64,000 nucleotides of DNA, taken from assembly GCA_002633005.1 (NCBI GenBank), contig NMRA01000224.1:590281-654280 (forward strand), in the 5' to 3' direction. A program made the translations under genes and the position numbers. Positions 21,385-35,600 of the stretch are shown here, piece after piece. Numbering within the stretch: the stretch's first letter is position 1; every line of letters starts with the position of its first letter. The notes beneath the pieces are model-generated. The model was given only the letters and a program-made list of their open reading frames with translations, had not been told where the DNA came from and made no database searches. The stretch is from Phoronis australis. Taxonomy: Eukaryota > Animalia > Phoronida.

Positions 21385-24300
21385 TCATGTTGTTTCTCAC
21401 CCTTGAATATGGCATTAGGTAAAAGGTTCATTGGTTAAATGGGGATCAGGAGGTTCAAATGACGTCAAGCCTAAGAATCCTGAACAATTTAAAAAATACC
21501 AACACCTGTCGCATATCGATTTTACCAAAAAATCCCATGGGTACCGCGACATACATGTACAAACGCTTGATTTCTCAAAGTTTTAGCTAGCATCGGTGAC
21601 TACATTTTTTTTTCATTTACATTCCTGGAAATGGTTTTAGAGATGTAATAATACATACATGTACATTCAAGCACTGATTAATCCGCTAATCTGGCAAACC
21701 CGATAAGACGATCGCCATCTGTGGGCGGCAATCAAAATAAGGTGATTCGATTAAAAACCTCCAAATTCCAATACGTAACGTCTGCGGAAAAGAGAATTGG
21801 AACTACACTGTACCAGTGTATGGTGAAGCGTGGGTTGCTTTAAAATAACAAACGTGGCAATAATTTTGTGAAAACTGCAGCGCAATTGCGGCAAAAATAT
21901 TGTGACAAGGTTTAATGCGTGTCGTGTGTGCAGCATTGTGGGTAAATGGCGCAGAATTAGAGGTTCGAATTTGATATTTATTATAGCGACTGACAATAAT
22001 TAATTCTGTAGCCTCAGGGATTATACTCTACATACCACCACATCTCCTTGTCAACTAAAGTGATGTTGCCTTCAATAATAGGATCACAGCAAGTACGACC
22101 TTTTAAATTCAGACATTGTGTAAATTACGTACGTTCTGTTGAGAAGGAAGGTACTACTGCTGTATAGAAATATAGGTTAGTTGTCTTCACATTTCTATAA
22201 TGTGCCAATCGGTAAGGCAATTACCTCTTAATCCCCTCTTACAAAGTTTCACGAGATTATGAGATACTTCTGTGGACAATTATGAAGCATTAGGAGATTA
22301 TCGTCGCCTGAGTTCACACTAAAGCCCGGGACTGGTGAGAGTGACAGTTTGTAAACGCGGTTGATGGTCTTTCCAATAGCCAATATATTTAAGTTGCTTT
22401 GGCCAAGTTTGTTCAAAGTTACAGATGAGCTAGTACTGTTTTATTGACAGCAAAGCTGAATAGCTAGCGTACAATGGCAATTATTGACCGTTAGAAGCTT
22501 TGTCAACATTTACAACAAATATTAGCGCGTCTCTCTACAATCAATGGGTAAACACTACCCTCCTTGGCTATGAATCGTAGCAATCCAACCAGTAACCAGA
22601 ATAGTGGCGTTCAATTTTACTATTATTCGCGTTAAAACATAAGGTTTATCTTCATATTAGTTAAGTGATCAGTGAGCACGCTATTTCGGGACGCGGCTTA
22701 GAAATCAATGGGAACTCGGAAATGACAGTCTAATGCCGATCTGTTGCTGTGGTCTGGTGCTCGAGTATGCACGTACAGTAGTTGTTTTTAGAGTGCTTTA
22801 GTCAAGTTGGGTAAGTATAGCGCATTTACATTTCCTGCTTTATTAGCTAGTACCAAGAGCTCCAAAGTTCGTTTTCTGAAATTGAGTGTATTTGTTACCT
22901 TCACCGCGAATAAAAACTCGGGCGTGCATTCGTAAACAGGGGCCATAGAAACAGAAAATTGACAAGGACATGAGGCTAGGACAATTATGCGTAGTTTACA
23001 CAGTTTTTGGCATAAATAGTACCGTTCGTAAAATTTAATTTGTAAATAGAGCCTAAGGAAAATTGAATAAACTCTCGTAATGCCTTGAAGCTCGCCGCGA
23101 ATAAAAGGTTCGGGAAGCCATGCAAACTTAGAAGTCTATCTTTCATTTACGTTCCGAAATATTCCTATGTGTGTACATTTGGAAACTTTTCCGGATATAA
23201 GCTCATGGACTATATGGGTCTGTTTTTGGAAAATCCGGTTGTTTGGATTCAGCTGTTAGACAACTTTACACTCGTATTTTTTATCCCTGTCCACAGTGGT
23301 GAAGGAAAGGAGCCCCGGCACAGTGTGCAAGTTTTAAATTATCTTCCGAATAATTTCCGAGCTACGCTAATCCAGGAATGAGATCACCTTTAGGACAAGC
23401 CTTGCGCATATTGACACAATGTCAACCACTGGCATACAATAAACTAAAGTGTGAAGAATTGCGCATTTGTTTATAAAAAATGTTCCTACCTAGATCATTC
23501 AAAAGCACATGAACAGCAGCGTTAAGTTGGTGAAGGCATGGGGGCAAGACCATGCAAGACTTTGTATGAATATCTTTAAAACAGCTTGGTAATTCAAAAC
23601 AATAGAAAGTTGCCAGAGTTAACCATCCACGAGGCTCTGTTATTTAACCGGAGTCACTGTTTTAGAACAAAGTCACGCCAGGGTTTAATTCACTCCAAAA
23701 CAAGCAACAATTCAGTTCAATTTCTTGGGTTATCCTACGCAAGCAAACGGAAAACCAATAAAACATAGGACAGAAACTTACAGTGAATACACCCTCACGA
23801 TACTATTATTACGCCAATTAAAACACCTCATTTAGGGATCACAATAAGACGAAGCGTGCGGGTTCTGTTGCACAAAATCAAGAAAAGTCAAGTTATAGCA
23901 GGGTGTGACGTAGACCAGAGCTATGAAACAGCAAAATTCCATGTTTTTGTCATTTTAGTACAAATGGTCACTTTTCGCCGTTGTCCGTCGGTCAAATGTT
24001 CGTTGAAATCAAAAATCAAGGCCAGCGATTAAATATTATTATCCAGTGGCCGAGGATTAGCTCTGCCAGCAGATCGTTTGACTGTGGCTGGGTAGTTGCA
24101 GGGTTTATTTCACACCACGGTTTATCTCAGAAAATCACTTTCGTCGACGATAATGTCCGGGGACTTTTTCAGTGGCAATAAGAAACTTGCAATTCGGAGT
24201 CATGGGGTTTACTAGAGGCACATGTTTTATTCCTTTACCTGTCACAGATGTTGTGTATGGCGTGGTGCTGCTTATATGTTAAAGAAAATACGTGTACAAG

Positions 24301-26581
24301 TGGCATTGAGGCATGTGTTGTTTGTGTCGTTAGTACAATAGCCTGCTCCTTGCGGTTCGATTTCCAATATCTATCATAATAGTCTTGTTATTGGTCTAGG
24401 CGTGCTTGTCAGGAAGAGCAAACATACCCAGTTACCTCATGGTTGACTTAAGTTCTTGTTTGAAAATTCAATTTTAATTGTCAGCGCACAGTCCTTCAGT
24501 CGTTTTGACGTATATGGTTGCATCTTCTGAATTTTTTATTATACTGTTTGACGGTGTCATCAAAACATAGACTTGAAACTCAGAAATCCAAAAAACTGAT
24601 ATCTTCAGTACCTCCAAAGATTCGGGCAAAAGTTATGGAAATACGGGAGAGAGATGGGGTAGCGCAACACCCAACAAAAGTACACGGCAAACAATAGAGA
24701 AACCGCATCGACAGCGAACCGTAAATAGAGGTAAATGAAATGTAAAGAGAACCTGAGTTCAGTGTGCCACGTAAAAGTGTCATAGAATAAAGACATGCCC
24801 CCCCCCCAAGCACTATGCATTTGCAATGCTATTAAAACCACAGAATGTTCATTGAAATAGCAATGAAAGGTTGCAATTCATGATGACCACTGTTTGTGAA
24901 TAGTATCGATGGGGTCGAAATTATCGATATTTTCGCCCAAAGAATCCGAGACTACAGTGTTTCATTTGAAGATCGTTAATAGGGAAGCATAATTTCTGAA
25001 ACGTGGAGTTTTCGTACGAAATTAGCTGTGTGGATTAGACTGTCACACGCTCTTTTTAGACTTATTATCTGTAAGTTTTACCAAGGGATTTCATCGAGGT
25101 TCTCAAAGTATTGACAGTCGAAAATAATTATTTCTTGGTTTCTTTAAATACGAGTTGAACGCTAAAACTTTAACAGCTTATCATTGGAGTTCGCCAGAAT
25201 TCATTTTAATATGGCTACGCTCTGAAAATTTCTTGGGGGATGCCCCAATCTCACCGTGGGTACATGGCTCGACTGGCATGAGGAGTCTTCCTGAGCCGGA
25301 TTCCCATTTATTGTTTGGTTGTGTTCAACGCCTTGACGTTATAGAACTGTCCATCTGCTGCTCTAGTATGTACTCATTGTTGTCTATGAAGCTCTTACCT
25401 TTCGAGAAACTCTTTGAAACGCTTACCTTTCGAGAAACTCTCTCTGCATCATGTTAGGTAAGAACTTCATAAAACTAAGTTTAAGTCAAACCATTTTTTT
25501 CAAAATAACGAGAAGAATAGACTCTTAGCTTTCATAATTTCTGGTGTTGCGTCAACAAAATTGATACCACAGGACATGGATGGTTACGTAATAAATGCAA
25601 GGGCTGAATTTGGTACGATTCTTCCTTTTTATCACATTCTTTTTTATAAACTGGTAAAATCAAAAAACCGCTGAGCCCACGTGAAAGTCAATACAAAGTC
25701 AATTCAAGTTCTAGGTAGCACAAGTGTACTGAACTCGTGGTCGGCTTTGGACTGCATTAATGAATTTATAACCGGAGCGATATGTTTATGGTAATTAATT
25801 GGACAGCCTATAACACTATACGCCTAGTCTTCGCCTGTGCATTTTCACCAAATCGATGAGTCTGCGACTACTTAGTCCATGAACAGTTCCTGCCCTCACG
25901 TGCTCATGTAGTATTTACTCTATACGATAAATGCACCACGTGTGCTCATGGTCAAATCAACTTCCAGTTTCACGAAAGTGTTATCTTAGACGGATGACTA
26001 GTAGAACCAGCGAAGTCATCCTCGCACACCCAGTGTCAAAAAAGTCATCGGTTTTAACAGGCTCGGTCAATCTTTCCCAAACTGAACTGAGTTCATATTC
26101 CTCGCACCTCTCAATCAATTTACGTCGATGGTACACACATGCTGTCACGTCAAGAAAAGTTTTGGAGACCAGCGTATTACAGTAAATTCGAACTTTTCAT
26201 GATTTTCGCTTTTAAGCCGTACGTATAGGAGAAAGTGCAGCTTTAAGTACGACTGTTCGAAGCAGCTGCGTGTTTGGAGGTAACAGACAAACTGAGACCT
26301 TTGCTAACAGTGATACATGTAGGTGATTTTTCGGTGTATGGGATCATCTAAAATTCCAACGGTTTTGTAGCAAGGCGATTGTTCTCTCCTCAAACACCTG
26401 TGAAGGACACAGACTGTTAAAGGTTGACCAAGGTACACAAACTTATTCAGACAAGTCAATTTCATATTAACCTGCATTTTGTCTTGTGGTGTTTTATTAA
26501 TGAATTGGTTACTTTTTCTTGTAGAATGGTTGCTATTGGTAATGATTAAAGAACGAGGTTGGTCTCGGACTACGTTTCATC

Positions 26582-26644
26582 ATGGCGACTTCATGCACGT
26601 TGCTCATCTGTGTGGTAATTTTTGGAGTCAGTGGCGTAACGGCG
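26582..26644 (+). CDS. GPCR coding exon 1: signal peptide [21 protein letters not shown]
   Basis: Acceptor tttttcttgtag at 26524; ATG in catcATGG context; 21-aa hydrophobic peptide ending VTA; donor GCG|gtaagt, phase 0, matching the next exon. Confidence 0.8.
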
Positions 26645-29600
26645 GTAAGTAAGACATTTGTCTTCAATACCAGCCTGCTAAGTTGTAAAGAAACAAGCAC
26701 TGTCTCTCAAATATCAGCGTGCTAAGTTCTAAAGAAACAAACGCTGCCTCTCGAATATCAGTGTGCTAAGCTCTAAAGAAAAAAACTCTGTCTCTCGAAT
26801 ACCCTGGGTCACTTTTCATGAAACTGTTTCTGTTTTAACTTTGACCAAAGTCAGGCATACTTAAGACCAATCTGTCTTAGCCTCGTTTCATGAAATTTCT
26901 TAAGACCAAAATTAAGATCGAAATCGGTCGCGGTTAGACTGCAATCACTATAAACTGTCCAAGAACAAGATTCGCCAATATTTTTCTCAATGTTTCACAA
27001 TCTGAAGGCTCAAACAATATCGAAATGATGAGGCGTCTGCATTCGATTGGAGAGAACCGGCGAAGCACCGTAGAGACACCTGTAGTGCGACCTATTTGTT
27101 ATTGCGCATTTGAAGTGATACTTTAGTTATGCCAGGGGTTTCTCACGTAGCGAGGTCCCAACTGCATCCAAAATGTTGTGTATAATTTTTCATCGCACAT
27201 CTTTTTACGTAGTTTTGCGATTTAGCAAGAGGTGGCAAAAGCGTAGTTAGTCTCGTTGGTTCCCTGCGTGCCGCTAGGTGGTCAGTAGTCCTGAGCACGC
27301 AGGTAGCACTTAATTTTCCTCGGGAAATTTTTGTGCACCGGCGTTTTTGATTGGCCTGTCGAATTTTCAACAGGCAGTGCTTTACGAAAACAAACGTGCA
27401 TGACTGATGAACTGAAGTGTAAATGTGGTCTGTTGTAAAGACCAATCGATGCTTAAAATTTACGTTTAGGAAATGTGAATCCTAGAAATTGTAGCTGCGC
27501 CTATACGGAGTGCATCTTTCTACTGTCGACGACATTTGTTTACGATACTGTCGTGTATTCATACAGTATGAATAACACACCGGTTAAATCTGCCAGATAT
27601 GTGTTTATTTTACATGTATGTGCATCACGCACGCGGCTATTGAACATCACTGCAGAAACGAAATAGTTGCTGCGACGCCACTTGCATGACAAGGCGAAAA
27701 ATCTTGGTCCGCCATTTTTTCACGGTGTTGTAAAGATAACCAATAACTGCTGCATCAACCAATGCAAAAGCGCGTGCCACTGCGTGATACTGCCTGCTGG
27801 GTGGGCAGACACGTAGGGAACCAGCAGGGTAGTTAGAATGCTCTCCTTATGCAAAAACCGACGTTGTATTCATAGAACGGTCTTTTATAAATTTTTATCT
27901 TTGGTCTTGACTCACTTTTCATGAAACATAACGTTAATAGGCCTACGCACTCTCTGACCAGATCATTTGATCGATGAGTTTAAATAAAGGCCTAAAACAG
28001 TTGTCGACATTTTTAACAATACCCATTTGCATGTTAACCACGTGAATTGTGTTACTTCCTAGCATGAGAGAACTGGCAAGACGGCGAAATCTCAGTACTG
28101 TGACGTCACTCTTTCTGTCCCCATTGTATTGGCCCATAATCGTGTGTTCTAAAGAAAGGTAGCAAGCCCCATTAGAAACCCGAAAACGTGTACCTGATTT
28201 TAATAGCCATTTTCCAATAAAGCCGTAACTGAAATTCTCCACTGTCGCTAGACGGCGGTCCATAGTTGGTGGACTGACATTTCTTTCGTAAGCCAACACC
28301 CCACTGTGTGTTAACGTACCTAGATCCGATCACTGTTATCTTCTTTCAGACGGAAAAACAATGACATTATCGTGTAATACCGTGCATCATAAGCTATGTC
28401 AAGAGTTCATTTCTGCTTTTGATGACCCGGACTTTATGTATGATATTTATTAATTCACTTACTCTTAAATTTGCCAATCCAGATTCAAGAACGGTTCTTT
28501 GCAGAACGGTTTTCGAGTGGACTCACGAATTATCGTCGATTTCCACCGTGGTGCTTAGAACTTGTTGATGAGTCTTCTTGTACTGACTGGGTGGACAGCG
28601 TTCTGCATGCGTGTGTGGTTATTGGTTTGATAGATCCGCAGTGCTTTTTTTAATAAAATCTTTAATACTATCACGGCGTAAAAATTGCCACTGACGGGCG
28701 TCGGGGACATACACTGTACAATAATGTACAGCATCTCAAAGAGCGCTAGACCGGCAATTTAGAGACCTGCGGCTCGATTACCAGTTGGGGTTCCTGATTT
28801 TTCAGTGTTTATTTGATATAAGTATCTCAAACTGCTTGTCGATGAAAGAAATTGTGCATTTCGTTCCTGTCAAGAGATCCAGAGTGCATACCTGAGTGAG
28901 AAATTCGGTCCCGCGAAAGTCTCAATGCATGTAGAACGAGATGTAGAACATTTCTTATGTTGGAAATAGACTACACGGTTTGGAATTGGGTATGCGTACA
29001 TGTAGGCATGCGCAATAACTTGTTAGACAAGCCAATTTTTACATTGCGCTCTGTATGGGGACCTGGTAATAAAATGTAGATTTCTCTTAAAGTAGCGATT
29101 TAGTGACGAAAACAGCCGTACGTGAATATTGCGGCAATGTCTGGAACTTAACATTCGGATTAGTCATAAAGCTGCTTTTATATCTCGGATATCAACTTGG
29201 TTGCCAACCAGGTGCCGTGATGATCGGTGACAATATATAACTTGCCATTGAGATGTCATTTAAGTCTTCATTTGCTTGTTATTTCTCCGTATCGAGTCTA
29301 TGTGACGTTATGAATTGTGACTTTGTGGCGGACTCAATGAAAATTTGAGTGACTTTCCCAATTACTGCATCATGACTGACACCAGTCAGACAATTAAGAG
29401 AACGGAGTTTGTCAGAAAAGAGAAATGATTTTGTAGTAATGCAGAGTATTGACACAATTGTTGCTGTACAAAATCCGTGGACGTTGGATCCCTGTATTGT
29501 TGAAACAGGTTTCATTTTTTGATTTGATTGAAAGCGAACAGCTTCTGCCGCATTAAAACTGATGTCCGCACACAGATAACTCCTGTGTTATTTCCATTGT

Positions 29601-32600
29601 ATTCATTTGCCCTGAGCGAGAGACTAAGTGTTTATCTTCCCAGTAACACAGAACTCCCACACCTGCTATTGGATACTACCACAATAAGGCCATTGATTTT
29701 CAGTAATTGGACTAACATCCTGAAAAAGTGTGATTTTATTTGATCTATGAATAAATATTTTTGCCTAGTTCACCCCTTGAAAATTAATCTGTCATACCTG
29801 TAAAATTCATTTCGAAAAGGTAAAAGAAATATTCATGAAACTCTCAATAATGGGTTATATCCCCTCACTTGACGAAGTAATTATGTATTTTTGCTCGACG
29901 GGAACATTTCATGAAACTTCAATAATCTCTGGTACAAGCATATCCGCTTGCGTTGTCTACACCAGTGAAGAATTCATTCCGTGCATACTGCATGTTTTAT
30001 GACATTTTTGAAACTCTTAACAATGGTAATATTTACAGTAAGGTAAGATAACATACCATCTGCCTTGGAGTGCAGTGGCCAATTTAACCGAGTTAATAGT
30101 TTTCAAGCGAGCTTTACACCAGTTAGAAAGTTCGAGTGCCAAACCCGTTTGTTTTGGCAGTTTCACTCCTCCTTTTTCAGAGAACCCAATAAAAGTTGGA
30201 GTGGCATCAGACGGCGAATGTCTTTTCAATGTTGAGATCTCGGATGATTTTTAATCATTATACTTCTTGAAACGTACGCACAAGTTCACCAGTTGTCTAC
30301 GCGTTACTGGTTGCTGCAATAACTATTTTCTCAATGGATGGAACTGCATTCAAACTGATGGTGTAATAAATTCACAAAACGTACCGATAATGCCGTAGAT
30401 GAAGTAATGTCCCACGAGACATTATTCCGCATTTTGACTGAGACCAAAGGTCGAGGTCGATACGCAGAAAAAATGTCGAGTGGGATATCTATTCATCTAC
30501 GCCAATCGAGGTACGTTTTGAATTGATCCCATACTCTTCGAATTCCTAAGTTTCTTTCATTTTTTGGCAGAGTTTTAAATACTTCACCCAGACTGTTGAC
30601 ATCCCATATTTTTGTAAAGTTACGCGTTAGGTTACAAGTTTTCTCTAGTAAAAGAAACCGTTTTAAATTTAACGATTTATTTCTTGAAAAGAGATAATAA
30701 AGATGAAAACAACGATGATTGTGCTTTAAACTTGTAAAATTTCCTGAAAATAGTTGAATAACAACATTTGATATTGTAGTTACTGAGGAATCGGCGTCTG
30801 GGTTGCAGACAATGTAATATTTAGCAATTGAAAACTGAGACAAAAGTGTCATATAACAGTTTTGTTCCAGATGTTACGTTTGTGACCTGATTGCATGTTT
30901 AGTGTTTTTTTATAGTACTTCAATTGTATTACTTAAACTATTTTGGGAAAGTTTGATGAACCAACCGGCTAACTACGTCGAGTCGAAATTGACCGATATT
31001 TTGAACTTTCCATGTCAGAGTGCTGTGTTGAAGTAGTCCGGGAGGGGAATATGGAGAACTACATGTAAATCACATGGCCGTATTGCAATCGACTGATTCA
31101 ACGCGTATGAGATAAATACCGTTGTACATGGATAGAATACGACTAGGCCTGCTGAGTTCAAAGAAAAACAACTCAACGTTTCTATTTTCTAAAACACGTC
31201 TTGCGTATGAGCATGGCTATTGCCGAAAGGAAAATATGGGGAGCCTTTATTTACCTTCCACTATCACCAGTATAAGCCAAGGTCAGACATGCCTATGCAC
31301 TTTTCAAGACTCGGAACCTTAAAAAACGCCGACTGGGATGTACGGAGCTATTATACGAAGGCCGTCGCTTACAAAGCTGTGGACCATCCAATCAGGCTGG
31401 TCCGAATGTTATTTAGTCTAGTGGGATTGTGTTGCAGCATTTTCGTTATGGTAATTTCAGTTTTCAAGGCTGCGGAAACAAATTGGTATAATTATCCTCG
31501 GCAGAACTCATCAAATCGTAGGAACGTAACTTTGGAACATGAATGTATCCCAAAATAGACCGTGGCAATCGACTTAGACACCTGCCTAACTGTCGTTTTG
31601 GTAATTAAAATCGTCTACGCCCTTGCTCTTCTTAACATTAACCTAAATTAACCTAACCTAACGACTCGCGAGAGTTTACACTCCGGTTATATTTAGACAG
31701 TCGGTGGCCTGCTACAAGGAAGCTACATAAAAGTCGCACAGTCTCAACTGGTTATTTTAAAACTACTAAATACCGTGTGTTTACACGTAATGACTGATGG
31801 AGCTAATGTATAACCAATTCCTTTTACAAACTTCGTGGACTTTCGACATTATGACACAGCTCGGCTATAGGCCTACATGTAACTTTACTTAAATCCTCTA
31901 TAAACTGACTGTAGGCGTAAAATAAGCGAATCTCATGAACACATCAACTGACTTCATGCTATATTGAAATATCAAGTCATCGATGGATAAATTATCATAT
32001 CTATGTATGCGGATTTATGGGGAAACAGGCGGCCCACTTTTGTGTACACGAACGAAAAAAAGTCATGCCCTGAGCATGCTGTGTTTTTAGTTCTAACGTG
32101 CTGGAACGCAAAAACTCACAAAAATACTTTTAATCAGATGGTGGCGAATATTCTTCTCAGAGGTGCTAACATGAAAGTTTTCTACTTTGAATATTGCAAA
32201 AATTTCTAGAAAATATCGTTAGATTCATTATTTTTAACTCACAGACGAAGTATTTACTCTTTCATTCCACTAAGTACAGTTTTCACATTCTAATTCCTAA
32301 TAATACATTTGCGCGCATGCGCTCAAAGAATTATTCAGTAAGCACTTCCCAAGTGAGTAGTCGTCGTTTTTTTACATCAAAGGGGACTGCATTACGTTTA
32401 TGTCTTGCAGTACCAAATAAGGAGACGTACATGTGCTTTGCCTTGTGAGTGAAATATCGACGAGGTGACGTGCAGTTGACAGACCGCTTTTTTGAAATTT
32501 GGAACAAGAGAAAAAATTTTTGACACCAACGGAAATTCAAAATCTTTACGAACAAATTGTAAATATACCTGGTGAACAGTATGACTTCAGTTTCACCACT

Positions 32601-35600
32601 CAACTGCTTTCCGTCAGTGGCCTGCTGCCTTTGTTTCTTGCCGGGTGCAATGATCGAGACCTTCGATAATTAACGCTCGTTTCTGTTTTAACTGTTTTGT
32701 CTCTCTTTTACCAAATGAACTCTTTGGGGACAATACCCTCTCAGAACCGCATAATTTAAAGTTAATCATTGAATACTTTGTAGAAAATTGTCGACCTTTC
32801 CATCGATAAGCAACACTGGATGTTAAGTGAAGCCCGCCTCAAGTGTAAACTCAAGATGAACTCTGACCCCTACCCTAAAACAGGTGAGCCTCTTTCACAA
32901 CTCTGTTGGTACAAGATCTATTTCTAGTATTGGCAGAGAATAACCTAACACTCTTACCTCCACATTTTTAAATTGTGGAAGATACAACTCAAATTACCAC
33001 GAACAGCAAACAAACTGCAATGGCCGTCCTGGAAGCACCAGACGCTCTGTTCCCGATTGTTGCAATTTTTTGTTTTATTTTGTCATGTGCATCAACACTA
33101 CGTGGTCATTATCTTAACCATCTTATCAAAAACGAGTTTGTGTGTATTACTTAGCGAACCATCTGCATAATTGCAGCCAACGCGACTATCATCGACGAGT
33201 CAGTCAGGAACCTCGATTGATGTACGACACTGATTGTGGCCTGACGTCGATGTTGATAAACGCTTATAATGTGTAAAAAATAGTGGTTTTGTGTGAGGTT
33301 CTAGGAATATACAAATTAATTGAGAAATGTAACTAAGAATAACTGGGGCATCACACGCCAACCACACGAGCAATATTTTGATTACACAAAACGACATATT
33401 TTGAATGATTTTGAAATCTTCCATTGGTCCATGTGTCTTCTTAATCACGTATTTTTTTTAAAATGCTTTCGAGAGATTTGCGGATCATGTAAGTTCTTAC
33501 TTGCACGCTTGGACTTGTGTAAAGTTCATTGTTAAAACAAATTAGCTAGCGCTCAGCTGACGATATTCACGTTGAAAGCAATATTGCTGCCATCTAGTTG
33601 GGAAATACATTGATTACTTGCCCGAAATGCAAACGTTATCCCGTAAAGAATGTTCTGTTTCATGAAAGTTGATTGAATGGTTAGTCGGACATTTTGTCTT
33701 GCGCACCGCGTAACTATTCCTGAAAATATTTTAAATTCAGTTTAGAATATATCACCAATAGTAAACAATTGCGTAAGTTATTGCCACACCGTGGTGTAGC
33801 TACTATTACACTGCCAAAACATCAGGCGTACATGTATTATTAAATGACACTGCCAAAACATCAGGTGTACATGTATTATTAAATGACACTGCCAAAACAT
33901 CAGGCGTACATGTATTATTAAATGACACAAAAGCGTTTGACTTTAACCTCGTGTCAGTCGTAAGCTGTCCTTGATTGACTTTGCCAGTACCCAAGGTCAA
34001 CCTGTTAAAACATCTGAGTAAAGTTCAATAGCTGCCTTGCGGCGAGAAAAATCTAGCAAAAATCACGAGCTGTTATTGGAAATACACGACAGTATCTAGC
34101 GGAATCTTGCAGATCTTTCTTTTCTAGCGAGGTATTACTGTTATTGAACTCGACTCATACTGGTTTGCAATCCAGAAAATTCCATTAAGAACAAATCAGG
34201 ACAGAGTTCAGTATAGCTATCTCGCGTCTAGAAAAATCTCTAGCAGCCAAACTCACGTGTTTTCATTAAAAATATTCAGTAATATTTCTCGTAATCTTTC
34301 GAAGTGTCGCTTTTCTAGCGAGGTGCTAGCGTATCAAGGGCAGAGTTATTCAGTAACGCGCTAGGACTTACGCAAGGACCCCGCTAAAATCTAGCCAACA
34401 TCACTTGATCTCATTTAAAATACATGGCAATATATCACGTAATCTCGCGAAGTCTTGCTTTTTAGCGAGGTCCTAGCGTTGCATGAACTCTACTCTGATG
34501 TTTCACCCGTTCCAAACGCCGTAACACCATTCAAGAGTCTGTTAAATGCAAGCCGTTACATGCTTGCAGCTCAATGTAATATATTACTACAGTACGTTAT
34601 ACACTGTAACACGTTTCAACAAGCCCACAATGAGACGGCCTTTTTTGAGCAACGAGAACAAGTGCGAAGTCGCGACACCTAAGAGTTCGGGAATAGCGGT
34701 ACTTTCATCTGAGGCTGGCACTTTGTAAATTCGGCGCAAAATACAGATTTCCGCTAGTCTCGAAGCTGAATATAAGCCAAAATCTTGGCAACAAGAGTAA
34801 AAAATCTACTTCATCCCGGAGCTCACTGTAACACGCATGTAAGACTCGTTGAAGAGTGTTACGGTGTATAATGTATTGTAGTAATATATTACAGTGAGCT
34901 GCAAGCATGTAACGGCTTGCATTTAATAGACTCTTGAATGGTGTTACGGCGTTTTGAATGGGTGGATGTTTCAGCCGGTTCACTAGGCGGGAACGGCGAG
35001 GTTAATCAAATGTACCATATTTCATGAATCATGCTGCTGGTGTTATGTGACTTTTATTGGACGTCATATGATGGAGGATCCGTTAGTAACTACAAGGACC
35101 AGTTTTTAAAGTAAGGTCCAATGAGTTTTTGTAGTATTTGAAGTTATTAAATAGCCAAGGACTGTTCATGTTTTCTCTTGGACAAGTTTTGCTGCAGGTT
35201 TACCCATGGAGCATCTCATGCTTTGACTCCACCAAATCTCGAAAACATGTTGTGTTCTATTCTATTCAAAGTGGGTTGACGTATAGTTGATTGCACATGT
35301 GAATTCTCAGAAAAGTTCACTATACATCAATACGCTCGGCTGAGCAAATTACTTGTTTATTTATTCTATATTCAGGAATTTACATAGTGTTTACGATAGG
35401 GTCGTGTTTACAGTAGTGTGAAACGTATAGACGGCAAGGTTAAATTGATGAACTGAATACGATATTCATGGACAAATTAGCGAACTTGGCATGGCTTCGT
35501 CATTTTCGATTGGTTAAGTGTACAGTTCCGGTAAATGAATTTGTTCAATTGTCACTTGTGGCCACGACAAACAAAACGATTACTCGTCAACGTTTATGCT

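Noticed and set aside
32411-32444. Possible 34-nt phase 0/1 exon ([11 protein letters not shown]) with cag and gtgagt ends
   Set aside because: 32784-32883 fits the ECD helix much better, and including both shifts the frame.
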